From: Vulcanimicrobiota bacterium
Lineage (GTDB): Bacteria; Vulcanimicrobiota; Vulcanimicrobiia; Vulcanimicrobiales; Vulcanimicrobiaceae
Length of the DNA: 29,933 nt
Reading direction: 5' to 3'
Assembly (NCBI GenBank): GCA_003135555.1
Contig: PLCF01000035.1
Location: 1-29,933 of the forward strand
This document shows, in pieces, positions 1 through 10,000 of the stretch (positions within the stretch are counted from its first letter, which is position 1; each line of letters begins with the position of its first letter). Position numbers and translations under genes: made by a program. The notes below the pieces were generated by a model, which did no database searches, was not told where the DNA came from, and saw nothing but the letters and a program-made list of their open reading frames with translations.

Positions 1-15
1 ACGTCGACTCGGGGC

Positions 16-1389
16 CTACACGCAAACCCCCGCCCGGCGGGTCTGGACGCGCATCTCGACGCGCCGGCCCGGACGCAGCGTGACCAAGGGGTCGAGCGGC
101 ACGGGGGACAAGTCGAGCGCGCAAAAGCGGACCCGGCGTGCCAGCGTCGCCAAGACGAGCACCGCTTCGGTCCAGGCGAAGCTCTCGCCGATGCAGACGC
201 GGTTGCCGCCGCCGAACGGAAAATAGGCGCCGCGCGGCAAGCTTTCGGTCTCGCCGTTGGACCAGCGTTCGGGCCGGAAGTCCTCGGGCTGGCGCCAGAA
301 GCGCGGATTGCGGTGGGTCACGATCTGGGCCATCAGGATGATCGAGCCGGCCGGCACGTCCCAGTCGCCGAGGCGGAGCGGCCGGACGACGCGCCGGCCC
401 AGGATCCAAGCCGGGGGGCGCAGCCGCAGCGATTCGGCGACGACGTCGCGGGTGAACGTCAGCCGCGGATAGTCGTCGGGAACCGGATCGCGCTCGCCCA
501 GCACGGCGTCGAGCTCGGCGTGCAGGCGCGCCTCGGCTGCCGGCGTGCGGGCCAGCGCGTCGAAGGTCCAGGTGAGGGCGTTCGCGGTCGTTTCGTGACC
601 GGCGAGCAGCAGCGTGAGCGCTTCGTCACGGATGAGCGCGTCGGGCATCGGCCGGCCGTCTTCATCGCGGGCGCGCAACAGCATCGAGAGCAGGTCGCCA
701 TGGTCCGCGTCGTCGCTGCGGCGTTGCGCGATGAGCCGGTAGATCACCGCGTCGAGCGCGCCGCGCGCGGCGGCGAAACGCCGCGTCGTCGGGTGGAACG
801 GCAAGTGGTCGAGTACTTCGCCGAAGGGTCCGATCGACGCCGGAAAGACCGCCATGGCCTCGGTCACCGCGGCGCCGATCGCGTCGGCGTCGTCGTCGAT
901 GTCGGCTGAAAACAGCGTTGCGGCGGCGATCCGCAGTGCGAGCCGATTCATCAGCGCGTCGACCGCCACGGTGTCGCCGTCGCGCAGGCGGTCGGCGGCC
1001 GCCCGCGTCGCATCGATCATGCTCGCGGCGTAGTGCGCGATGCGCTCGCGGTGAAAGGCGGGCTGGACGAGCCGGCGCTGGCGCAGGTGCAGCGGCTCGT
1101 CGCTGGTGAGCAGACCCTCGCCGAGCAGCCGGCGCATGCGCCGCAGCCCGCGGCCCTTGACCACGTCGTAGCCGCCGGCGAGCAGCACCGTTTCGATGAG
1201 CGCCGGCTCGTCGAGCATCCAGAACCGGCCGCGCGGCATGCGCCACGAGGCGATCGGTCCGTACGTGCGCGCCACGCTTTCGAGGTAGCCGGGGAGCCGG
1301 GCCAGGTCGCCGCCGGCGCGCATCCCGGCCAGCGCGCCGAGCATGGAGGGCCCGGGCGGATAGCGACGTGTCTGGGCGGCGGCCGTCAT
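16..1389 (-). CDS. Cytochrome P450
   Basis: 457 aa. I-helix AGHETT, ExxR (ESLR), PERW and heme-binding FPFGGGNRVCIG motifs are all present. Confidence 0.97.
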   Translation of the reverse strand: MTAAAQTRRYPPGPSMLGALAGMRAGGDLARLPGYLESVARTYGPIASWRMPRGRFWMLDEPALIETVLLAGGYDVVKGRGLRRMRRLLGEGLLTSDEPLHLRQRRLVQPAFHRERIAHYAASMIDATRAAADRLRDGDTVAVDALMNRLALRIAAATLFSADIDDDADAIGAAVTEAMAVFPASIGPFGEVLDHLPFHPTTRRFAAARGALDAVIYRLIAQRRSDDADHGDLLSMLLRARDEDGRPMPDALIRDEALTLLLAGHETTANALTWTFDALARTPAAEARLHAELDAVLGERDPVPDDYPRLTFTRDVVAESLRLRPPAWILGRRVVRPLRLGDWDVPAGSIILMAQIVTHRNPRFWRQPEDFRPERWSNGETESLPRGAYFPFGGGNRVCIGESFAWTEAVLVLATLARRVRFCALDLSPVPLDPLVTLRPGRRVEMRVQTRRAGVCV

Positions 1390-1395
1390 GCGACC

Positions 1396-1401
1396 AGACT
1401 A
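1396..1401 (-). promoter_or_regulatory. Putative -10 box (TAGTCT) for a leaderless P450 transcript
   Basis: TAnnnT hexamer 6 nt upstream of the P450 ATG; no Shine-Dalgarno visible. Confidence 0.45.
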
Positions 1402-1433
1402 CCGCATCGCCGGTCAAAACGCTGCGGCAGGAA

Positions 1434-1453
1434 TTGGTTGGTCGATCAACCAA
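1434..1453. promoter_or_regulatory. Palindromic operator, probably for the adjacent TetR
   Basis: TTGGTTG-G-TCGA-T-CAACCAA, a 20-bp inverted repeat with one mismatched pair. It is AT-rich relative to its surroundings and lies 11 nt upstream of the TetR start. Confidence 0.75.
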
Positions 1454-1464
1454 ATCTCCCGGCC

Positions 1465-2061
1465 GTGCGAGGTTCCACCGGAACGAAGGCACGGATCGTC
1501 GAGGCAGCGATGGCGCTCTTTTGGGAGCACGGCTACGAACGCACCGCGATCGCCGACATCACGGCGGCCGCCGGCGTGCGCAGCGGCAGCCTCTACCACT
1601 TCTTCGCGACCAAGGAAGACGTGCTCACGGCGGTCCTCGAGGCGTACCTCCAAGGGCTCACCCCGCAGGTGATGGGTCCGGCGTTCGCCGCGGCCGAGGA
1701 TCCGCTCGAACGGATCTTCGCCGTACTGGCCGGCTATCGCGCCCGGATCCTGGCGACGGAGTTTCGCTATCGATGCCCGGTCGGAAGCCTCGCGCTCGAG
1801 ATGCAAAACGCCTCCGAACGTGCGCGCGAACTGGTGCGCGAGAACTTCGCCGGGTGGCGCGCGGCGATCGCGCAGTGCGTGCGCGACGCGGCACCGGCGC
1901 TGCGCGAGAACGCCGATCCGGAGTCGCTCGCGACGTTCGTCCTGACGGTCATGGAAGGCAGCGTCATGCAGGCAGCCGCCGAGCGCGACATCGCTCGCTA
2001 CGACGACTCGGTGCACCATTTGCGCGCGTATTTCGACACGCTAGAAAGGATCGATCGATGA
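1465..2061 (+). CDS. TetR/AcrR-family transcriptional regulator (NemR/LmrA-like)
   Basis: N-terminal HTH (ARIVEAAMALFWEHGY...IADITAAAGVRSGSLYHFFATKEDVL) and C-terminal CPVGSLALE. Start placed at GTG 1465 within ORF 1033..2061; TTG 1438 is an alternative. Confidence 0.93.
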   Translation: MRGSTGTKARIVEAAMALFWEHGYERTAIADITAAAGVRSGSLYHFFATKEDVLTAVLEAYLQGLTPQVMGPAFAAAEDPLERIFAVLAGYRARILATEFRYRCPVGSLALEMQNASERARELVRENFAGWRAAIAQCVRDAAPALRENADPESLATFVLTVMEGSVMQAAAERDIARYDDSVHHLRAYFDTLERIDR

Positions 2062-2393
2062 TGACCTGGATCGCGGCCGGTACGGTCCTGCAGATCGCGA
2101 TGGTGGTCGCGGGGCATTTCATCCCGCCGCTGCGAGATTGGTGGGGCCCGGGCGGGATGCTGATCTCGCTCGTTGTGGGCGCTTTGGCGGCGCAAGCCCG
2201 CTGGTCGGAGTCGCTCGTCGCCGGCGCGCTGGCGGGCGGGGTGGGCGCGTTCGTCGGCATCCTCATCGCGCTGCTGCTGGGCGACGTTGCGGCATTGCTG
2301 CTCGCGCTGGGGACGCTCTCGTCGGTCGTGGCCGGCGTCATCGGAGCGGCGGTCGTGACCTTCTTTCGGCGTCGCGGCCGAACGGCGGCGTAG
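2058..2393 (+). CDS. Small integral membrane protein (about 4 TM, Gly/Ala-rich)
   Basis: 3' part of ORF 1368..2393 from MMTWIAAG. ATGA overlap with the TetR stop, AGAAAGGA RBS upstream, hydrophobic helices and a basic C-terminal tail. Confidence 0.8.
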   Translation: MMTWIAAGTVLQIAMVVAGHFIPPLRDWWGPGGMLISLVVGALAAQARWSESLVAGALAGGVGAFVGILIALLLGDVAALLLALGTLSSVVAGVIGAAVVTFFRRRGRTAA

Positions 2394-2394
2394 C

Positions 2395-2952
2395 GTGCGA
2401 GCCGCACGAATCGCGGCGCTCGCGCTCGGCGCGACGCTGCTGCCCAGCGCCGCATTCGCTGCTGGGCGCGCGTTCGATCTGGGCCACGTCCACGTCGTGA
2501 CGTCGGACGCGCCGAAGCGCTTCGACCTGGCGGTCACCGTCCCGGCGACCGTCGATCAGGTGTGGGACGCCTTCACGACCTCGGCCGGGCTGACGACCTG
2601 GTTGGCGCCGTTCGCCAAGGTCGAGCTGGCGGCGGGTGGACCGTGGCAGGTGAGCTTCACGGCCGACGGTGCTGCGGCGGGCGGCAACGTGCTCCTGTTC
2701 CAGCCCAAGTCGCTCTTGGCGCTCTCGGCGATGGCCCCGACGCAGTTCCCGACGGTGCGGCGCGAACGGACGACGGCGGTCTTCCTTTTCACCGCCGCAG
2801 GCCCGAATGCGACGACGGTCCAGCTCGCGCAGACGGGCTGGCAGCAGGGCCCCGAGTGGGACCAAGCCTTCGACTACTTGGCCACCGGCAACGCCCAACT
2901 GCTCGAAGCGCTCTACCACCGCTTCGCGGTCGGTCCGGCGACCTGGAAATAG
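2395..2952 (+). CDS. SRPBCC/AHSA1 (START-fold) domain protein with signal peptide
   Basis: VTVPATVDQVWDAFTTSAGLTTW motif typical of SRPBCC proteins; N-terminal MRAARIAALALGATLLPSAAFA signal-like segment. Confidence 0.85.
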   Translation: MRAARIAALALGATLLPSAAFAAGRAFDLGHVHVVTSDAPKRFDLAVTVPATVDQVWDAFTTSAGLTTWLAPFAKVELAAGGPWQVSFTADGAAAGGNVLLFQPKSLLALSAMAPTQFPTVRRERTTAVFLFTAAGPNATTVQLAQTGWQQGPEWDQAFDYLATGNAQLLEALYHRFAVGPATWK

Positions 2953-3063
2953 CGCGCCCGGCGGCCGTACACGGCAAGCGCTTTGCTTCTAGGCACGCCG
3001 CGGCGCACGACGAATTCTGACTACCCTTTCATTGCACGAGGTGGTCAGGTCGCTTCTCTGAGC

Positions 3064-4848
3064 GTGCTCTTTCGCGTCGCTGCCGCGCTCGCCGCCGGCG
3101 TTCTCGTCTCGTGCGGTGGCGGCGGCGGGTTGGCCGCGCCGAACGCGCCCGTGCCGACGGCGACGCCGGCGCCGATTCCGACCGCGACGCCCGCGGGGCG
3201 CACCGCGTCGGTGGCGCTAGCGATCGTGATTCCCCCCAAGCCGAGTTCGTCGGCGAGCCGTCGCGGCCCGCGCTTCGTCTCGCCGGCCACCGCTTCCATC
3301 CGCGTCGCCGTGAACGGCGGCACGCCGCAAGACTTCTCCGTAGGAAGCGGGACGCCGTGCGCTCCGCCGCAACAGACGCCCGGCACGTGCACCGTGTATA
3401 ACGTCAGCGCGCCGCTCGGCAGCGATACGTTCGTGGTGACGCTGTTCGACGCGTCGCACAACGTGCTCTCGCAGGGCACGGTGCAGTTCACAGTTGTCAC
3501 CAACACGGTGAACAACATCATCATTACGGTCGACGGCATCGTCGCATCGCTGCACGTGGCGCTGTCGAACCCTTCACCTCCGGCGGGAACCGCGACGGTG
3601 GTCGCCGTCACGCTGCTGCCGGCCGATGCCGCCGGCTACCCGATCGTCGGTTCCCCCGGGAAACTGCCGTCCATCACTGTGACGGATAGCGACAACTCGG
3701 GCGCGACGGGCTTGTATCTGGCAGGATCCGACGGCACCTGCGCCACGCAGGCGGCGCCGCCGGCGACGTCGGTCATCACCGCGCAATCGGGAACGCAGTA
3801 TCAGCCGGTCTGCTTGCGCTACAGCGGCGCCTCGCTCGCGAGCACGACCATCAGCGCGACCATCGCCGGCGGGCCCAGCGCCGGCACGACGTTCACGCCG
3901 TCGCAGCCGCAGGGCATCGTCACCGGCTTCTGGATCGCCGGCCAGCCCCCGAACAACGCGCCGCTCGCGCTCGAGCGCATCGACGCCACTACGCTGCACG
4001 CGACGATCACGTTCAGCGGTTCGAACGTGAACCTCGTCAACAATATCGGGCCTAAGTTGGGACTCGCCGCCGAAACGAACGGCAACATCGACGTGCTGAT
4101 CCAGGCGACGAGCGGCAACACGAATCAGATCTCGGCGTACGGCGGCACTACGGGTGGCAACGTCCCGCCGGTCTCCACCACGACATTCGCGCTCCCGAAC
4201 GGCGAGCAGGTCGGCGCGCCAGCGCTCGCGCTCGACGGCGCGGGGGCCGCGTACGTCATCGGCGCATGCACGATCTACCGCATTCCGCTGACCGGCGGCG
4301 CGGCGACCCCGACGGCGGTCGGTGATGGGTGTCAGGGGCAGCCGTTCGTCCACGACTTCAGCGGGCTGTCGTACCGGGCCGGCCGCCTGTACGTGACGAT
4401 CAACCGCCGTACGAACCCGCGGGTCGGACCGTTCTTCTCAAATGTTTTCCGGTACGTTCGCAACGGCGACGGATCGCTGACCTTCGAAGCCGCGATCACC
4501 ATCAAGGACGAGCGCGGGATCGGCGACCCGGTGTCCGACGGGGCCGGGAACGTGACGGTGCTCGGCCTCAGCAACGACAACTACTACCAAGACATCGAGC
4601 GTTACGCGGCGAGCCTCTTCGTGCCGGGCCAAGATCCTACGGCCACGCCGTATGACACGCTCCCGGGAACCGGCCAAGTCCGCCGCCTCGCGATGGATCC
4701 GGGCGGCAACCTGCTCTCCGGGATCGTTCAATTGCCCGGCCTCACTCCAACGCCGCCGATGATCGCCGTGATCCCGCCGGGCGGGCATACCGCGACGAAC
4801 ACCGCACTGTTCGACTTGTATGGAGCCACCGGCGCCGTAGTGCCGTAG
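3064..4848 (+). CDS. Large secreted lipoprotein with beta-rich N-terminal domains and a probable beta-propeller C-terminus
   Basis: Start placed at GTG 3064 within ORF 2983..4848. Hydrophobic stretch plus lipobox LVS-C followed by GGGGG, a Pro/Thr linker, and propeller-like segments (LALDGAGAAYV, VSDGAGNVTV, LAMDPGGNLL). Confidence 0.75.
   Translation: MLFRVAAALAAGVLVSCGGGGGLAAPNAPVPTATPAPIPTATPAGRTASVALAIVIPPKPSSSASRRGPRFVSPATASIRVAVNGGTPQDFSVGSGTPCAPPQQTPGTCTVYNVSAPLGSDTFVVTLFDASHNVLSQGTVQFTVVTNTVNNIIITVDGIVASLHVALSNPSPPAGTATVVAVTLLPADAAGYPIVGSPGKLPSITVTDSDNSGATGLYLAGSDGTCATQAAPPATSVITAQSGTQYQPVCLRYSGASLASTTISATIAGGPSAGTTFTPSQPQGIVTGFWIAGQPPNNAPLALERIDATTLHATITFSGSNVNLVNNIGPKLGLAAETNGNIDVLIQATSGNTNQISAYGGTTGGNVPPVSTTTFALPNGEQVGAPALALDGAGAAYVIGACTIYRIPLTGGAATPTAVGDGCQGQPFVHDFSGLSYRAGRLYVTINRRTNPRVGPFFSNVFRYVRNGDGSLTFEAAITIKDERGIGDPVSDGAGNVTVLGLSNDNYYQDIERYAASLFVPGQDPTATPYDTLPGTGQVRRLAMDPGGNLLSGIVQLPGLTPTPPMIAVIPPGGHTATNTALFDLYGATGAVVP
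3148..3195 (+). repeat. Imperfect 24-bp tandem repeat encoding PVPTATPA-PIPTATPA
   Basis: CCCGTGCCGACGGCGACGCCGGCG followed by CCGATTCCGACCGCGACGCCCGCG. Confidence 0.7.
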
Positions 4849-4976
4849 GAGGCCCGACAGGCGAACGGCCGATTGCGCGAGACCACCAGCCCGGTCGGTC
4901 GGCGTCGCCGGAGTGCCGGCCCCCGGGGTCGAGGCGGGGAAGGGGCACTCCCACGGCCTTAGAACCGCATTGCGTT

Positions 4977-6219
<1,243 letters not shown>

Positions 6220-6230
<11 letters not shown>

Positions 6231-7023
6231 GAAACGGCGCGCGCGGCTGCGCGCGTTGCTCAAGACCGCCGGCGCCGGCGAGATCGATGTAGGGCTCGTC
6301 GAGCAGGCGTTCGTGCACGAGAGCGCGTCGCGCGAGGGTGCCGGGCCCTCGAACGAGCGGCTCGAGTTCTTAGGCGATGCGCTGCTGGGCTACATCGCGG
6401 CGCGTTGGCTCGTGCAGAAGTATCCCGACGCGAGCGAAGGCGAGCTGCATCGACGGCGCGCCACGCTCATCAGCGGCGAGGCGTGCGCGCGGACGGCCCG
6501 CCGCCTGGGGCTCGGGGATATCGTCGTGCTCGGCCAGGGGATGACCCAGACCGGCGGCGCCGAGAACGCGACCGTCCTCGCCGACGCCTTCGAGGCCTTC
6601 GTCGCGATTCTCGCCCGCGTCTGCGACCTCGACCGCGCGGCGCGCTTCATCGAGAGCGAGCACCTCGCCCCGGCCGACAAGGGCGCGACCGGCGAGCCCG
6701 ATGCCAAGACCGCGCTGCAAGAGATCGCGCAGGCCGCGCTGCGGCTCACGCCGATGTACTTCGAGCGTGCCGAAGGCCCCCCGCACGACCGTCGCTACAC
6801 CTCGCAGGTGCGGGTCGGCGACGAGATCCTCGGCGAGGGGATCGGCCCGTCGAAAAAGGTCGCGCAGCTCAGCGCCGCCGCGATGGCGCTCTCAACGCTG
6901 CGGTACCGCCATCCGCAAGCGCCGGGCGCACCGGCGTCGAAGGACGGCGGGCGGGTGATCGCGCTGGACAAGCGCCGTCGTCCACCCGCTCCCCGTTCGC
7001 CCGACAGCGGAGCCCCGATCTAA
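6220..7023 (+). CDS. rnc: Ribonuclease III
   Basis: NERLEFLGDA signature, LADAFEA, and a dsRBD (DAKTALQE...GPPHDR...GIGPSKKVA). Confidence 0.96.
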
Positions 7024-7027
7024 CCAC

Positions 7028-10000
7028 ATGCGCCTCAAATCGCTGAAAGTCTTCGGCTTCAAGACGTTTGCCGAAGCGACTTCGCTCGACTTCGTGGACG
7101 GCACGACGGCGGTCGTCGGCCCCAACGGCTCGGGCAAGTCGAACCTGGTCGATGCGATCCGCTGGGTGCTGGGCGAACACTCGACGCGCACGCTGCGCTC
7201 GCAGCGCATGGAAGACGTCATCTTCGCCGGCAACAACACGCGCAAGCCGCTGGGGATGGCCGAGGTTTCGCTCACCTTCGACAACCACGATCATCAGCTC
7301 AAGCTGGACTTCGAGGAGGTCCAGATCACCCGTCGCGCCTACCGCGTCGGCGAATCGGAGTTCTACATCAACCGCGAGCCGGTGCGCTTGCGGGACGTGC
7401 ACGAGCTGCTGATGGGCACCGGGCTCGGTCCGGGCTCGTACGCGATCGTATCGCAGGGCCAGATCGATGCGATCCTGTCGTCGAAGCCGACCGAGCGCCG
7501 CGCGCTGTTCGAGGAGACCGCCGGGATCGGGAAGTTTCTGGCACGCAAGCACGAGGCGCTGCGGCGGCTCGAGGCGACCGAGCAGAACGCGATCCGGGTC
7601 AACGACCTCATCGCCGAGCTGGAACGCCGCGCGCCCGAGCTCGACACGCAAGTCCGTCGCGCCAAGCGCTATCGGCGCGTGACCGCGCGGGTGCGCGACC
7701 TCGAGATCCTGTCGTTCTTGCGCGCCTCGACGTCGCGCCGTGCCGAGCGCGAGCGCGTCGCCGCGGAGCTGCAGCAGCACGAGGACCGGCGTGCGGGCGC
7801 GGCGGCGCGCGCGGCCCAGCTGGGAGCGCAGCTCGCAACGCTGCGCGAGGCGCTCTACACGCTCGAGCTCGAGCTCGACGGGCATCGCGCCGACGCGCAG
7901 ACCGCGCGGGCGGAGCTGGCGCGCATCGAGGCCGACCTCGCCGCCGCGGTCGCGCGGCGCGACGGACTCGAGCGACAGTCCAATGCGGTCGTCGCCGACC
8001 GCGAACGCGTCGAAGGCGAACGCGTGGCGCTGCGCGAGCAGATCGAATCGCTCGACGAGCGGCTCACGCCGTTGGGCGCCCAAGTAGAAGGCTCGCGCGA
8101 ACGCGAGCTGGCCGCTTCGGCGGCGGTCGCGGACGCCCGCGGCGCGCTCGACGGAATCTATCAGGAGCTGCGCGCCGTCGAGGCGTTGGCCGCCGAGCAC
8201 GCTGCGAACGAGGCCGAGCGGCGCGCGCAGATCGCCGCCGCACGCTCCGAGATCGAGCGGCTCGGGGGCGAGCACGCCGCGGCGCTGGGAGAACGCGCGG
8301 TGCACGCGAAGCAGGCCGAAGCGGCGCGGGCCGGCTTCGAGGAGCGCGAGCGCTCGAGCGCGCGGTACGATGCCGAAGCCGCGGCCCAACGCGAGCGGGC
8401 GCGCGTGGCGCGCGAGCACGGCGAAGCCGCCGAGCATCGCGTCGCCGAGCTGCAGGAGCGCCATCGCGAGATCGCGTCGGAGATCGCCGCCGCCGAGTCG
8501 CGGCTGCATACGATCGAGGAGCTCGAAGCCGCGCTCGAGGGCCACGCGCACGGGACGCGCTCGGTCGTCGACGCGGCACAGCGCGGCCAGTTGCACGGAT
8601 TGCACGGCGTCGTCTCGAACTTGATCTCCACCGACGAGCGTTACGCCCGCGCCCTCGACGTCGCGTTCGGGCCCGGCCTCTCCAACATCATCGCGGCGAC
8701 CTCGGAAGACGCCGAAGCGGCGGTCGCGTTCCTGCGCGAGCGCGAGCTCGGACGCGCGACGTTCTTGCCGCTCGACACGCTGGCGCAACGCGAGGGCCGC
8801 GAGTTGGGCCGCCTGCGCGGGCGGGCCGGCGTGATCGGCTACGCGCACACTCTCGTGCGCGCCGAAGCACGCTACCGCGGGATCGTCGCCTTCCTGGTCG
8901 GACGGATACTGGTCGTCGACGAGCTGCGTACCGGCATCGCGCTGACCCGCGGTGAGGGCTTCCGCGACTCGATCGTGACGCTCGAAGGCGATCAAATCGT
9001 CGGCGGCGGCGCCATCAGCGGGGGGCGCTTCCGCAAGGAGCGGTCGATCCTGGCGCGCCGCGCGCAGGCTGAGACGCTCAAGGAACGCCTCCCGCAGCTG
9101 CGCGCGCAGCTCGAAGGGGTCCAACGCGAGGGCACCGCGGCGAAGGCGCAGCTCGACGCGGCGTCGGCGCAGCGTGACGAAGCGACCCGTTTAGCCGGTG
9201 ACGCGGACGTTGCGTTGCAGGACGTGCGCACGCAGCTCCAGGGTCTCGTCGCCGAGATCGAGCGTCTCGACGCCGCGCTGGCGGCGGCGACGGCACGCAT
9301 CGAGGCGCTCGCCGCGGCGCGCGAGGACGTCACCTCGCGCCTGCACGCGCTCGAACGCGTCGCCGACGACCACGTCGATCTGTCGGACCAGCGCATCGCG
9401 CTCGAAGCCGCGCTGGCCGCGGCGCGCACACGCATCGCCGCGGTCGAAGCCGAGCAGGGCGAGGTTGCCGGCGCCGCGGGCGCGCTGCGCGAACAGATCG
9501 CCGGGCTGAGCGCCGAGCGCGACGGTGCGCTGACGCGCCTGGGTTTGCTCGATGCGGACGCCGAGCGCGCCGGCGCCGCGCGCGAGGCGATGCGGCTCGA
9601 GTTGCAGTCGCTGCGCGCCCGTACCGTCGAGCTCGACGCGGCGCTGGTCGCCGCGCGCGAGAAGGTGACGCTCGCCGATGCCGCGGTCGAAGGCTCGCGG
9701 CGGCGCCGCGAGTCGACCGCCGACGAGGCCGCGCAGCGCGAGGCCGACGAACGCGTCGCGCAAAGCGAGGACCGTGAAGCTAGCGGGGCCGGCGAGCTGG
9801 GGCGCCGCAGGCTGGCCGAGATCGACGCCGAGCTAGGGATGCTGCGCCAAACCTTCGCCCAAAATCCGGCCACCGAGGCGGAGCAGCACGACGTCTTGAC
9901 GCGCTACGACGGCGAGCCGACCGAGATCGTCGACGACCTGCCGCGGTTGCGCGAAGAGCTGACGCGGCTGCAGGCCAACGTGAACTTAAACGCTGAGGCC

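Noticed and set aside
6869..9124. 751-aa minus-strand ORF antisense to smc
   Set aside because: Shadow ORF from high-GC codon bias opposite a well-supported gene; no recognisable motifs.
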